Below are positions 34,344 to 43,553 of a stretch of DNA of 51,580 nucleotides, in pieces. The stretch is from Nitrososphaerota archaeon (GTDB taxonomy: Archaea > Thermoproteota > Nitrososphaeria > PSMU01). Position numbers and translations under genes: made by a program. The stretch lies in the NCBI GenBank assembly GCA_040290255.1, contig PSMU01000008.1, positions 1 through 51,580 of the forward strand, written 5' to 3'. How positions within the stretch are numbered: the stretch's first letter is position 1; each line of letters starts with the position of its first letter. The notes under the pieces were generated by a model that saw only the letters and a list, made by a program, of their open reading frames with translations, did not search any database and was not told where the DNA came from.

Positions 34344-37300
34344 TTACAAAGGGATATTTCCGCTGCGCCCCGGGGCCTGCCCTAACGGCACTAGCACCTC
34401 CTGCAGCTCCCGGTACAGGGGGCCCAGCACCTCGAGGTAGCGGGCCTCCCCGCGCTCTATCGCATCCATGAGGCCTTCCAACCGCCTCGTTCTCTCCTCC
34501 GAGATCAGAGGACCGAAGTTACCGCGCAGGTAAGAGTAGACGCTTCTCCCTAGCCTTGTCGCGAGCAGCGCCCTGCCCTTCTTGACGACGTAGCCCCGGC
34601 TGAGCAGCACCTCGAGGATCTTGGAGTAGGTGCTGGGCCTGCCTATTCCCCTCTCCTTCATGAGGGCCACCACGTCGGCCTGAGTATATGGCTTTACGGG
34701 ACTGGCGAGCCAGGCCCGGGCGTCCTTAACCCTGAACGTGCCTTCGTGATACGGCCCCTCGAAGCGAAGCGCGGGGGAAAACAGGGCCAGGAAGCCCTGC
34801 CCCAGCGGCCTAACCCATACCTCCTTTCTGGCCTCGAGCCCTTCAAGGCGGACGAGCAGCTCCTGGCACTCGACCACCGCCGGTTCCATCTGACTGGCCA
34901 TGAACCTCCTGAAGATCAGGTCGTAGAGCCTAAGGTGATCCGCGCCCAGCGGTATAGGGGGCCTTAAGAGGCCCAGTCTCAGGTAGAGCCTTAGCTGTTG
35001 TGCATCCAGCGGCTTAGTGGGCCTTATGCACTCATGCGCGCCCTCTAACTCATAGCGCCTCGGCGCGAAGGCCAGGCCCCTTTCGAGCAGGTACTGCTTG
35101 GCCACCTCAAGGCCCACCTCCGAAACCCTGGTCGCATCGGTCCTGTGGTAGGTGATCAGGCCGGCCTCGAAGAGATCCTGGGCGAGGTTCATGGCGTAGC
35201 CCACGTCGAAGCCCATCCTGTTGGCCTCCCTCAACAGGGAGTCCGTTGTGAAGGGCGGCAAGGGCTCCAGCCTCTTCTCGCCGCTGCTCAGGATGCTGAC
35301 GCTGGCAAGGAGGCCCCCTTTTGCCCGTGACGCGAGCTCGCGGGCCCCCTCCACGCCCGCGAAGTTCACCTGCAGGCCGTTCTCCAGGCTCACCCACAGG
35401 TACGGCACCTTTTCTCTCAGCTCCTCTGTCCTCAGCACGATCCAGCCCAGCACGGGCCCCTGCACCCGGCCCGCCGATAGGTTCGTGCGGCCGAAGGCCC
35501 TCCAGAGCTCTTGGCTTAGGCCAAAGCCTATCCATCTATCCTCTATCCTCCTGACGAGCTGTGCCTCCACCCTTGGCAGGGCTATCTGCCTTGGCTGGGC
35601 CAGCGCGCTTATGAAGGCCCGCTTGGTGACCTCGTGAAACTCCAGCCTGGCCAGCAATGAGGCATAGGGCCTCAGCTGACAGGCGAGGTCGTAGGCTATC
35701 TTCTCGCCCTCGGTGTCGGGGTCCGTCGCTATCAGCACCTCCTCCGCCTCCCACGCGAGCTGCCTGAGCGCCTGCACCAGCTCCTTCTTGCTGGCGATAT
35801 CAGGGCTGCCGCAGCGCGGGCAGCGCTCCGCATCGGTGAACTGGTGGCCGCAGCGCCGGCAGCTTTTTATGGGGCTGTAGAGGGGCATGAACTGTCCGTC
35901 GAGCATAAGCACGCCGTGCAACCCTACCCCCGTCGTGAGGTCATAGACGTGGCCCTGGCATGCAGCCACACTGAGCACCCGGCTCCCCGAGGCCGTCTCA
36001 TAGACCTGAAGCGGCCCCACCCTCTTCCTGGCGGGCCTGCCGAAGAAGGAGGCGATGGCCTTGGCCTTTGTGGGGGACTCGACGATGACGAGCGAGGGGC
36101 GCACCATCAGGCCAACTTCATCGAGGGACACCCCTCCCCGGCGCAGGTCGCGCAGAAGGCTTCTGTCACGGTCCACGGCGCTGAACTCCCGGGCTACCTT
36201 CGGCTCCTCATAGGGCTCAAGCACCTCCTCCGCCACTACCTTCAGCCTCTTGGCCAGGCCCGCGAAGGCCTCCTCATCGTCCACCAGGAGGATCGAGATG
36301 CCCCTCGTGAGGCCCCCCCAGAAGAGCCTGGAGGTCCTTCCGGAGCCCTGCAGGTAGCCCGCCACGTCGGGCAGCGTGAGCTTTATTTCGTCTTCGCTCA
36401 AGCGGAGCGTGATGCCCGCTTCCCTCAGCCTTCGCGCCGCCTCGGGACTCACCAGCTTCGCCTTCACCTTCTCGAGAAGGCCCTCCACTTGAGGCGTGCG
36501 AAGGTCCTTCGCCGTTAGCTGCCGGTCCAGCAGCGGTAGCGTGAGCTTTAAGAAGGCCAAGAGAGCCCGGGGGCTCGCCTCCTTTGGCTCGCGCGGTATC
36601 CTAAACTCCCTTCGGGGCACGCCCGCGAAGATGGCATAGCGCACGGATGCGGGCAAATCGAGGCCTTTGGCCAGGGGCCCGCGCGTGCTCGCTATTCCCA
36701 CGAGCGCCTCCAGCCCCCCGGAGGTGAACTCGGCCAAGAGCATCTTATCCGGCCGTTCATAGGCCCTCGCCCTTATCCCCCTCCGGCGCAGCTCCTCCGC
36801 CAGGGCGAGCGCGAACTCCCTTCCCAGCGCGAAGGGCGTGAAGACCAGGCAGCCCGGCCCATGCCTGGCTATCAGCTGGGCCGTGGCTTCCGCGGGCTGA
36901 CCTGATGGCATGTAAAAGTTGGCCACGTTCCTAGCCAGGTCGGGCACCGAAGCGGGCTCAAACCCCAACAGGTGCCTGAAGAGCTTGAGCCTCAGCCCCC
37001 TCTGCCTCAGCGTGGAGCCCGAGAGCACGAGCAGTGGCTCCCTTTGCACTGCATGTCGCGGCTCCGCGTTCACGCCCCTCTTTATCGCCTCAAGCGCCTC
37101 TGAGAGCTCTTGCTGGGTAAAGCCCAGCAGGATCAGGACCCTGTCGATGTTTAGCGGGGACCTTAGGAAGGACTCCACGTCATCCACGAAGATAAAGCTC
37201 AGCCGATGGCCGCTGAGCACCTCGGCCCTCCGGTAGAGAAAGCGGTCCGTGGAGAGGAGCACGTCATAGGCCCCCGCGTCGACGAGGCGGAGCACCTCTT

Positions 37301-37862
37301 GCCTCTGCCGGCTTGATAGGCCTGAGTGATACGCCAGGATGCGCACATCCCTAGGGAGAGAGGAGCTCATGGCCCTGGCCCTATCGGCCAAATTCTGGAC
37401 CAGCAGGGCGGTCGGCGCTATGATGTAACTTCTCCTTCCGCCAAGGGCCAGATAGAGCGCGAAGGCGAGGCCGAAGGTGCTCTTCCCGTAGCCCGTGGGC
37501 GCCAGCATAGAGAAGCTCCTGCCGCTGATGAGTCTCTTCGCCCAGGTCCTCTGTAGGGCCCACGGCGGGTGGCCCACAACCCTTGAGAAGAAGTCGAGGA
37601 AGTCCCGCAGCCGCAGCTCCAGCTCCAGCAGCCGCGCATAGGGCCCCAGCCTTCCCTTCCTGCTCAGGACTTCCAGTACCAAGCGGGGCCGCTGCTCCCC
37701 ATGCGCGGCGCCTAAGGCGCTCAGCTCCTCCTCGGAGAGGCATTTGGCACAGAGACCCCTCTCCTGCAGCTCTACATCCTCGATCTCCCCTTCACAGTTG
37801 AGGCAGGCCTCCCTATACACGAGCCTCGCGCGAGGCACTCCAGCACTTTCCCTTTCGGGCAA
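34344..37862 (-). CDS. rgy: Reverse gyrase
   Basis: N-terminal Zn finger CLNC..CAKC, APTGYGKS, DDVE, QGSGRTSR, TOPRIM VESPTKA and ATDPDTEGE, second Zn finger, catalytic ITYHRTD, GIGRPSTY; start TTG 37862 or GTG 37838. Confidence 0.95.
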   Translation of the reverse strand: MPERESAGVPRARLVYREACLNCEGEIEDVELQERGLCAKCLSEEELSALGAAHGEQRPRLVLEVLSRKGRLGPYARLLELELRLRDFLDFFSRVVGHPPWALQRTWAKRLISGRSFSMLAPTGYGKSTFGLAFALYLALGGRRSYIIAPTALLVQNLADRARAMSSSLPRDVRILAYHSGLSSRQRQEVLRLVDAGAYDVLLSTDRFLYRRAEVLSGHRLSFIFVDDVESFLRSPLNIDRVLILLGFTQQELSEALEAIKRGVNAEPRHAVQREPLLVLSGSTLRQRGLRLKLFRHLLGFEPASVPDLARNVANFYMPSGQPAEATAQLIARHGPGCLVFTPFALGREFALALAEELRRRGIRARAYERPDKMLLAEFTSGGLEALVGIASTRGPLAKGLDLPASVRYAIFAGVPRREFRIPREPKEASPRALLAFLKLTLPLLDRQLTAKDLRTPQVEGLLEKVKAKLVSPEAARRLREAGITLRLSEDEIKLTLPDVAGYLQGSGRTSRLFWGGLTRGISILLVDDEEAFAGLAKRLKVVAEEVLEPYEEPKVAREFSAVDRDRSLLRDLRRGGVSLDEVGLMVRPSLVIVESPTKAKAIASFFGRPARKRVGPLQVYETASGSRVLSVAACQGHVYDLTTGVGLHGVLMLDGQFMPLYSPIKSCRRCGHQFTDAERCPRCGSPDIASKKELVQALRQLAWEAEEVLIATDPDTEGEKIAYDLACQLRPYASLLARLEFHEVTKRAFISALAQPRQIALPRVEAQLVRRIEDRWIGFGLSQELWRAFGRTNLSAGRVQGPVLGWIVLRTEELREKVPYLWVSLENGLQVNFAGVEGARELASRAKGGLLASVSILSSGEKRLEPLPPFTTDSLLREANRMGFDVGYAMNLAQDLFEAGLITYHRTDATRVSEVGLEVAKQYLLERGLAFAPRRYELEGAHECIRPTKPLDAQQLRLYLRLGLLRPPIPLGADHLRLYDLIFRRFMASQMEPAVVECQELLVRLEGLEARKEVWVRPLGQGFLALFSPALRFEGPYHEGTFRVKDARAWLASPVKPYTQADVVALMKERGIGRPSTYSKILEVLLSRGYVVKKGRALLATRLGRSVYSYLRGNFGPLISEERTRRLEGLMDAIERGEARYLEVLGPLYRELQEVLVPLGQAPGRSGNIPL

Positions 37863-37924
37863 TAAGAACCTCTCGCCGCTCAGCGGGCCAAAGGGGTTAA
37901 ATGGCCCGCGCGCCACAGTTCCCT

Positions 37925-38070
37925 ATGAGCGCCTACGGATATCCTCTCATCATTAAGAAGCTGCTGGTCCGCACGCTGTACGCCAGGCTAAGGCGTAGAT
38001 CGTGTACAGGGACAAGGTGAGGTATTCGTGGGCGAAGTTCTACGAAAGGATACAGAGGCTGGCGGCCTAG
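37925..38070 (+). pseudogene. N-terminal relic of a long-chain fatty-acid--CoA ligase gene
   Basis: MSAYGYPLIIKKLL in one frame, then after a frameshift and TAG, IVYRDKVRYSWAKFYERIQRLAA*. Confidence 0.6.
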
Positions 38071-38840
38071 GCCTGCGCTTGCCCGCTGAGCGCGGGCTTC
38101 AGCAGCTCCCTGCCGGCATCGATGACGAGCACCTGCCCCGTGAGCGAAGGGAGCTTGGCCAGCAGCACGACCGCCTCCGCCACCTCGCGGGGCTCGACCA
38201 GACGCCCCAGCAACGTCATCCTGCGCGCGAAGGAGGCTTCATCCGTCCCTAGGACCCTCAACAGGCTCTCCCCCATCTTGGTCCTCACCAGCCCAGGGGC
38301 CACCGCGTTGACCCGGATTCTCGGCGCCAGCTCCACGGCCAAGGCCTTGGTCAGGGCGATGAGGCCCGCCTTCGCGGCCGCGTATACGGAAAGGCCCGGG
38401 TCGGGCGCAAGCGCATCGATGGAGGCCATGTTCACGATGCACCCCTCCTTCATGACCTTCAGGACCTCCTGCGAGCAGTAGATGGCCGCCTTCAGGTTGA
38501 CCTGGAGCATCTTATCGATGGCCCAGTCCTCCATCTGTGAAAAGGGCCTCAGGAAGCCGACGCCCGCGTTGTTGACCAGGAGGTCCACGCGGCCGAAGCC
38601 GTTCATCGCGCGCTCGATGAGTCCGCGGGCGCCCTCCCGCGTGGCGACGTCCGCCATGACCAGCACCGCGTCGCCCCCCCTCTCCCTGATGAGGCGGACC
38701 GTCTCCTGGGCCTCCTCGAGGCCCTTCTTCGCGTTTACGACGAGTTTCATGCCCTCCTCGGCCAGCCTCAGCGCAACTTCCCTTCCTATCCCTCGGCCCG
38801 AGCCCGTAACGATGGCCACCCTTCCGCGCAGGTCCAACAA
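38067..38840 (-). CDS. Short-chain dehydrogenase/reductase (FabG-like)
   Basis: TGSGRGIG, VNNAG, YAAAK, VNAVAPG; TTG start is inferred. Confidence 0.92.
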   Translation of the reverse strand: MLDLRGRVAIVTGSGRGIGREVALRLAEEGMKLVVNAKKGLEEAQETVRLIRERGGDAVLVMADVATREGARGLIERAMNGFGRVDLLVNNAGVGFLRPFSQMEDWAIDKMLQVNLKAAIYCSQEVLKVMKEGCIVNMASIDALAPDPGLSVYAAAKAGLIALTKALAVELAPRIRVNAVAPGLVRTKMGESLLRVLGTDEASFARRMTLLGRLVEPREVAEAVVLLAKLPSLTGQVLVIDAGRELLKPALSGQAQA

Positions 38841-38845
38841 GCCGC

Positions 38846-39238
38846 CTAGGCCTCGCAGATGTCCAGCTTTTGCCTCTTTACGCCCGAGAGCACGGCGCTG
38901 GCCCTTTGCTCCGCTGGAAGGAGCCAGGCCCTCCCCCATTCGCGCAGGGCCTCGAAGACGGGCCTCAGCGCCTCGCCCTTGGGCGTGAGCCTATACCTGA
39001 CCGAGAAGGGCCTCGTGCTCACGACCAGCCTTTCGACTATGCCCTGCGCTTCAAGCTGCTTGAGCGTCCTGGAGAGCGTCTTCGCGTGCAGGCCCGGGCT
39101 GCTTCTCAGAAGCTCGTTGAAGCCCTTCTCCCCCTCCATGAGGTAGCGTACCACGATAAGGCGCCACATGCTCCCTATGGCCTTTATCGACTCCACGATC
39201 GGGCAAAGCTGCTCCCCATCAGGTGACGTCTTGATCAC
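38846..39238 (-). CDS. HxlR-family winged-helix transcriptional regulator
   Basis: CPIVESIKAIGSMWRL, FNEL, TLSRTLKQLE, VRYRLTPKG. Confidence 0.9.
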   Translation of the reverse strand: MIKTSPDGEQLCPIVESIKAIGSMWRLIVVRYLMEGEKGFNELLRSSPGLHAKTLSRTLKQLEAQGIVERLVVSTRPFSVRYRLTPKGEALRPVFEALREWGRAWLLPAEQRASAVLSGVKRQKLDICEA

Positions 39239-39290
39239 CAGATGGCAGAGGTGCGAGCAAGGGTTTTAATAAGTTTCACCTGGCCATCCG

Positions 39291-39305
39291 GTCACCGGAG
39301 GTGAG
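39291..39305. promoter_or_regulatory. Candidate HxlR operator overlapping the doxX Shine-Dalgarno sequence
   Basis: gTCACcggagGTGAg inverted repeat between divergent hxlR and doxX. Confidence 0.35.
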
Positions 39306-39309
39306 CTAG

Positions 39310-39756
39310 GTGCTGGATGCGCTCAGTTCCCTGCAGGACTTCGCCCTATTGGCTCTTAGGGTGGCGGCTGGAGGGCTTATGGTCGTGCATGGCCTGCCCA
39401 AGCTGGGGGGCCAGCGGGCGGCCATGAAGGAGGGCATGAAGAGAATCGGAGTTCCCGGTCTGGTGTTTGACCTCGTGGCCCTAAATGAGGTCTTGGGCGG
39501 CATCGCGCTGCTCGCTGGGTTCTTAACTCGCATCGCGGCCCTTCTGCTCGCACTTGAGATGGTGGGCACGATCATCCTCTATAACACAAGGCTCTGGAAG
39601 GCCCCCCTGCCCCGAGGCTTCCTAGAGCCTGCCTTTAAGCAGACGCATGGCTATATAGGGGGCTGGGAGCTGGATACCCTGGTGCTGGCGGCCTGCCTCG
39701 TGCTGCTCAGCTTAGGGCCGGGCCTGGCCTCGCTGGACCATCTGCTAGGGCTCTAG
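39310..39756 (+). CDS. DoxX family membrane protein
   Basis: LALRVAAG..HGLPKL, EVLGG...GFLTR, GGWELD, GPGLASLD. Confidence 0.88.
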   Translation: MLDALSSLQDFALLALRVAAGGLMVVHGLPKLGGQRAAMKEGMKRIGVPGLVFDLVALNEVLGGIALLAGFLTRIAALLLALEMVGTIILYNTRLWKAPLPRGFLEPAFKQTHGYIGGWELDTLVLAACLVLLSLGPGLASLDHLLGL

Positions 39757-39795
39757 CGCCAAGCGAGTGCTTGTAGGACGGCGCCCGTGCCCTTC

Positions 39796-40592
39796 CTACT
39801 TTGAAATCACGGTTGCCGAGGCCTGGCCAGTGAAGATTATGGTGCCCTCATCGAGCTCCGTTCCGGCGAGGGGGTTCACCACGGCCCTGATGTTCAAGGC
39901 GCCCTGCATGGGGGTTTCTCCCAGCATGCCCATGACGCTGCCGCTGAGCCTTACGCCTTGCCACTTGATGATGGCGCTCTGATAAGCCACCACGAGCACT
40001 AGCCTGCCATTCGGATTTCCCTGCGAGTCGGCTGAGAGGAGGACGATGGGCCCCCGAAGGGATTAAGGAAGGCGCTCTCGAGCAGCAAGGGCACCTGAAG
40101 CACCTTACCTTTATCGTCCTCCCCCATCCTCAGCTCCGCAAGCCCTGTACAGAACCCCGCCACCGCGCTCTGGCAGTTTGTGGTGCAGCCGAGCGGGAAG
40201 CTCTCCGCGGCCACCATGCCAGATATCCTCACCTTCGCGTGAAGCGAAAGTTCCCTGCCGAAGGCCTGGCCCCGCGAATCGCCCCCATTGTCAGATGTGT
40301 GAAGCTCGATGCTGGCGCTTCCCTGCACGTTGAGGCCGTTAACTTGGGCCTTGAGCTCGTAGGAGAGCTGTGCGGGCTGCGTTACCACCTGCCCCAGCGC
40401 GCTCCCGAAGATCAACACGTTGGCCTCGTGGGAGTATTCGTAGCTTCCTACGTCCTGTATAACCCCCACCAAGGATACCTGTAGCTGCTTAGCGACCTTG
40501 GCTTGCGCGGCGCCGACCGGCAGCGACAGCGGTAGGGCCAGCGCTACGAGGGCCCAGCCCCTTTTCATCATGGGGCATATTTCTGAGGCCAT
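39796..40592 (-). pseudogene. Secreted beta-rich hypothetical protein split by a 1-nt frameshift near 40048-40055
   Basis: Signal peptide; adding 1 nt in the G5C3 run gives NPFGGPIVLLSADSQG...LVVAYQ and joins ORFs 39999..40592 and 39796..39999. Confidence 0.55.
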
Positions 40593-40705
40593 GCCTTAAG
40601 GCCCTTTTTGCCGTTTTTCGGGAAGGTTGCCGTTCACTCATCAGCTAGCCAGCAATTTTCTGGTCTTCGGCGAACATGTAAGCCCTAAAAAAGCCGGCGC
40701 GCAGC

Positions 40706-41137
40706 GTGGCCATGGCACTGAAGATAGCGCTGGCGGCGCTCGAGCACATGAAACAGCATGCGGAGAGCTCCTATCCTGAGGAGTGCTGCGGCCTGTTGCT
40801 CGGCTCGGCCTCCGAGAGGAAGGCCGTTAAGGCATGGAGGATGAGAAACGCCTACCCGGGCCCCAAGAACAACCGATACAGCCTGGACCCCCTAGAGTAT
40901 GCCGCCGCCGAGGAGAGCGCCCTCAGGGAGGGCATCGAGGTGGTGGGCATATACCACTCGCATCCCGACCATCCCGCCCTGCCCTCGGCCTTCGATGCCC
41001 AGCATGCCTGGCCGTGGTATGCATATGTGATACTCTCGGTCTACGGCGGAACCTTGCACGAGATGCGCTGCTTCTACTTCGATGAGGCGAAGCGAAGCTT
41101 TATAGAGGAGCCGCTGACGCCGATAACGGTGTTATAG
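40706..41137 (+). CDS. JAB/JAMM (MPN+) metalloprotease
   Basis: YPEECCGLL and YHSHPDHPALPSAFD (E...HSH-x7-S-x2-D). Confidence 0.92.
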   Translation: MAMALKIALAALEHMKQHAESSYPEECCGLLLGSASERKAVKAWRMRNAYPGPKNNRYSLDPLEYAAAEESALREGIEVVGIYHSHPDHPALPSAFDAQHAWPWYAYVILSVYGGTLHEMRCFYFDEAKRSFIEEPLTPITVL

Positions 41138-41138
41138 C

Positions 41139-42584
41139 ATGCCCGTGCGCATCCTGCTCCCGACAGCGCTCAGGCCCTACGCCGGCCAGAAGGCGGAGCT
41201 GCAGCTAGAGGCCAGGAGCGTGGGGGAGGCGCTCGCCAAGCTCTCTTCGGACTTTCCGCTGCTCAGGCGCTACCTCTTCGAGGAGGACGGCAGGCTCAGG
41301 AACTTCGTCAACGTCTTCGTCAACGGCGAGAGCCTAAGGCAGCTGCAGGGCGAGGACACGCCGCTCAAGGATGGGGACACGCTGATGCTGCTGCCCTCGA
41401 TAGCGGGAGGCTCGGAGGGCCCTTCAGCGCTCGCAGCCCTAGCCCCTCATGGCTTCACGCAGGAGGAGCTGGTCCGTTATAGCCGCCACCTGCTCATGCC
41501 GGAGGTGGGCCTTGAGGGGCAGAGGAGGCTCAAGCAGGCCAGGGTGCTGGTGGTGGGCATGGGAGGGCTCGGCAATCCCGCCTCCATCTTCCTCGCAGCC
41601 GCCGGCGTCGGCACCATAGGCATCGCCGACTTCGATAAGGTGGAGAGGAGCAACCTGCAGAGGCAGGTGCTCTACAGCGAAAGGGACCTGGGCCGGAGCA
41701 AGCTCGATGTGGCGGAGGAGAGGCTCAGGGCGATCAACCCGCACGTGGAGGTGAGAAGGCACGCCGTCAAGCTCGATTCCTCAAACGCGCTGGACGTGCT
41801 CAGGGATTACGATGTAGTAATCGACGGGACCGACAACTTCCCCACGCGCTATTTGCTCAACGATGCCTGCGCGCTGCTGGGCAAGCCCGATGTCTATGCG
41901 AGCATCTTCAGGTTCGAGGGCCAGGCTTCGGTCTTCGATGCAAAGAGGGGCCCCTGCTACAGATGCCTTTACCCACTTCCGCCTCCGCCCGGCCTCGTGC
42001 CGTCCTGCGCCGAAGGGGGCGTGCTGGGCGTGCTGCCGGGCATCATGGGCAGCCTTCAGGCGCTGGAGGCGATCAAGCTCATCCTGGGCAAGGGCGAACC
42101 CCTCATAGGCAGGCTGCTGTACTTCGATGGGCTGAAGCTGAGGTTCCATGAGTTCGCGGTGCCCAAGGACCCCAACTGCCCGGTCTGCGGGCACAATCCC
42201 ACGATAAGGCAGCTCATAGATTACGAGGACTTCTGCAGGACGAGCGAGCAGGCGCTGCTCGAGCAGGGCATGGAGGTCGAGCCGCAGGAGCTCAGGCGGT
42301 GGCTGCAGGAGGGCCGGGACCTAGTCCTGCTGGACGTGAGGGAGCCCTTCGAATATGAGCTGGGCGCGCTGCCGAACGCCGTGCTGATCCCGCTCAGGGA
42401 GCTGGCGGCCAGGGCAAACGAGCTGGACACGGCCAGGACCATCGTGGTCTACTGCCATATGGGCGAGAGGAGCGCCATGGCGCTGCAGCTGCTGCGCTCG
42501 CTGGGCTTCAGGCGTGTGAAGCACCTCAGGGGCGGCATCGATGCATGGGCGCAGGAGGTAGACCCCACGCTGCTAAGGTATTAG
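41139..42584 (+). CDS. Ubl (MoaD/ThiS/SAMP) - E1-like (MoeB/ThiF) - rhodanese fusion
   Basis: Ubl ending LLPSIAGG at about aa 91; RYSRH, GMGGLG, SNLQRQ, CYRC, PSCAEGG, CPVC; rhodanese DVRE..E, CHMGERS, GGIDAW. Confidence 0.9.
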   Translation: MPVRILLPTALRPYAGQKAELQLEARSVGEALAKLSSDFPLLRRYLFEEDGRLRNFVNVFVNGESLRQLQGEDTPLKDGDTLMLLPSIAGGSEGPSALAALAPHGFTQEELVRYSRHLLMPEVGLEGQRRLKQARVLVVGMGGLGNPASIFLAAAGVGTIGIADFDKVERSNLQRQVLYSERDLGRSKLDVAEERLRAINPHVEVRRHAVKLDSSNALDVLRDYDVVIDGTDNFPTRYLLNDACALLGKPDVYASIFRFEGQASVFDAKRGPCYRCLYPLPPPPGLVPSCAEGGVLGVLPGIMGSLQALEAIKLILGKGEPLIGRLLYFDGLKLRFHEFAVPKDPNCPVCGHNPTIRQLIDYEDFCRTSEQALLEQGMEVEPQELRRWLQEGRDLVLLDVREPFEYELGALPNAVLIPLRELAARANELDTARTIVVYCHMGERSAMALQLLRSLGFRRVKHLRGGIDAWAQEVDPTLLRY

Positions 42585-42621
42585 CGGCCAGGTTAAAAAT
42601 GGCGGCTTAACGGGGACCGCG

Positions 42622-43455
42622 ATGGGCTCGCCGCATTTCGTGGAGCTTCCGGAGGAGGCCTTCGTGAAGGAGGCCCTTTCAATCGTGGAGAGGGCCCGGG
42701 AGGCCTCCCTCACGCTGAGGTTGCTCGGGAGCCTCGCCGTCTACGTGCACAGCCTGGATATCCCCGCCTGCCTCTCAGCCCTCAGGCGCCTTGGAAGGTT
42801 CTCCGAAGGCGCGCCGCTCTTCACGGACCTGGACCTTGCGGCCTACAGCCGGCAGCGAAGGGAGATCGGCAGGCTGCTGGAGGGGTTGGGCTTTAGGCCC
42901 GCGGCCATGGTGAACGCGCTCTTCGGGAACAGGCGGCTCATCTATTACCATCCGAAGGGCGCCTATCAGGTGGACGTCTTCATGGATAAGCTCGAGTTCA
43001 GCCACGACGTCACCTTGGGCGAGCAGCCTGGCAACGGGAGGCTCGAGCTGGACTACCCCACCATCTCGCTGGCGGACATCGTGCTCGAGAAGCTTCAGAT
43101 CCACCAAACCAACAGAAAGGACCTAGTGGACCTGGCCATCCTCTTCTTAGGCCACGACGTCAGGAAGGGCCTTGAGAGGGATGCCATCGATGGAGCGTAT
43201 GTAGCTAGGGTGCTGGCCGATGACTGGGGGTTTTGGTACGATGCGGTGAACAACTTGGCCAAGGTGAGGGCCCTAGTGCGCGAATGCCAGGGCCTGGGCA
43301 AGCTGGACGAAGCCGCTGCGAAGAGCATAGAAGATCGCCTCGAGCGCTTGAAGGCCCTGATAGATGAGGAGCCGAAGACCAAAAGATGGATGAAGAGGGC
43401 TCAGGCCGGCACCAGCAAGCCCTGGTACAGGCCGGTGGAGGAGCTCGTAAGATAA
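42622..43455 (+). CDS. Nucleotidyltransferase-fold hypothetical protein
   Basis: LLGSLAV...DLDL...VDVF...LEKLQI...KDLVDL pattern of pol-beta-like NTases. Confidence 0.55.
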   Translation: MGSPHFVELPEEAFVKEALSIVERAREASLTLRLLGSLAVYVHSLDIPACLSALRRLGRFSEGAPLFTDLDLAAYSRQRREIGRLLEGLGFRPAAMVNALFGNRRLIYYHPKGAYQVDVFMDKLEFSHDVTLGEQPGNGRLELDYPTISLADIVLEKLQIHQTNRKDLVDLAILFLGHDVRKGLERDAIDGAYVARVLADDWGFWYDAVNNLAKVRALVRECQGLGKLDEAAAKSIEDRLERLKALIDEEPKTKRWMKRAQAGTSKPWYRPVEELVR

Positions 43456-43553
43456 AGCCCCTTGGCTCCGAGGCTGGTATCTCCCCCGGCGCATCGCGCC
43501 CTAACGATTAAGGGTTCACAAAACGGGCATTCTCCGCTTGGGACAAAGTAGGC

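Noticed and set aside
37170-37190. Reverse gyrase motif II DDVE instead of DDVD as a sign of inactivation
   Set aside because: Conservative change; all other helicase and topoisomerase motifs, including the catalytic Tyr, are intact
37940-37955. C/D box sRNA (AUGAUGA on the minus strand)
   Set aside because: No properly spaced CUGA D or D' boxes; the region is better explained as a ligase relic
40040-40070. BHB intron around the CCC-UUCG-GGG hairpin at the secreted-protein frameshift
   Set aside because: No complementary central helix; a 1-nt indel is sufficient
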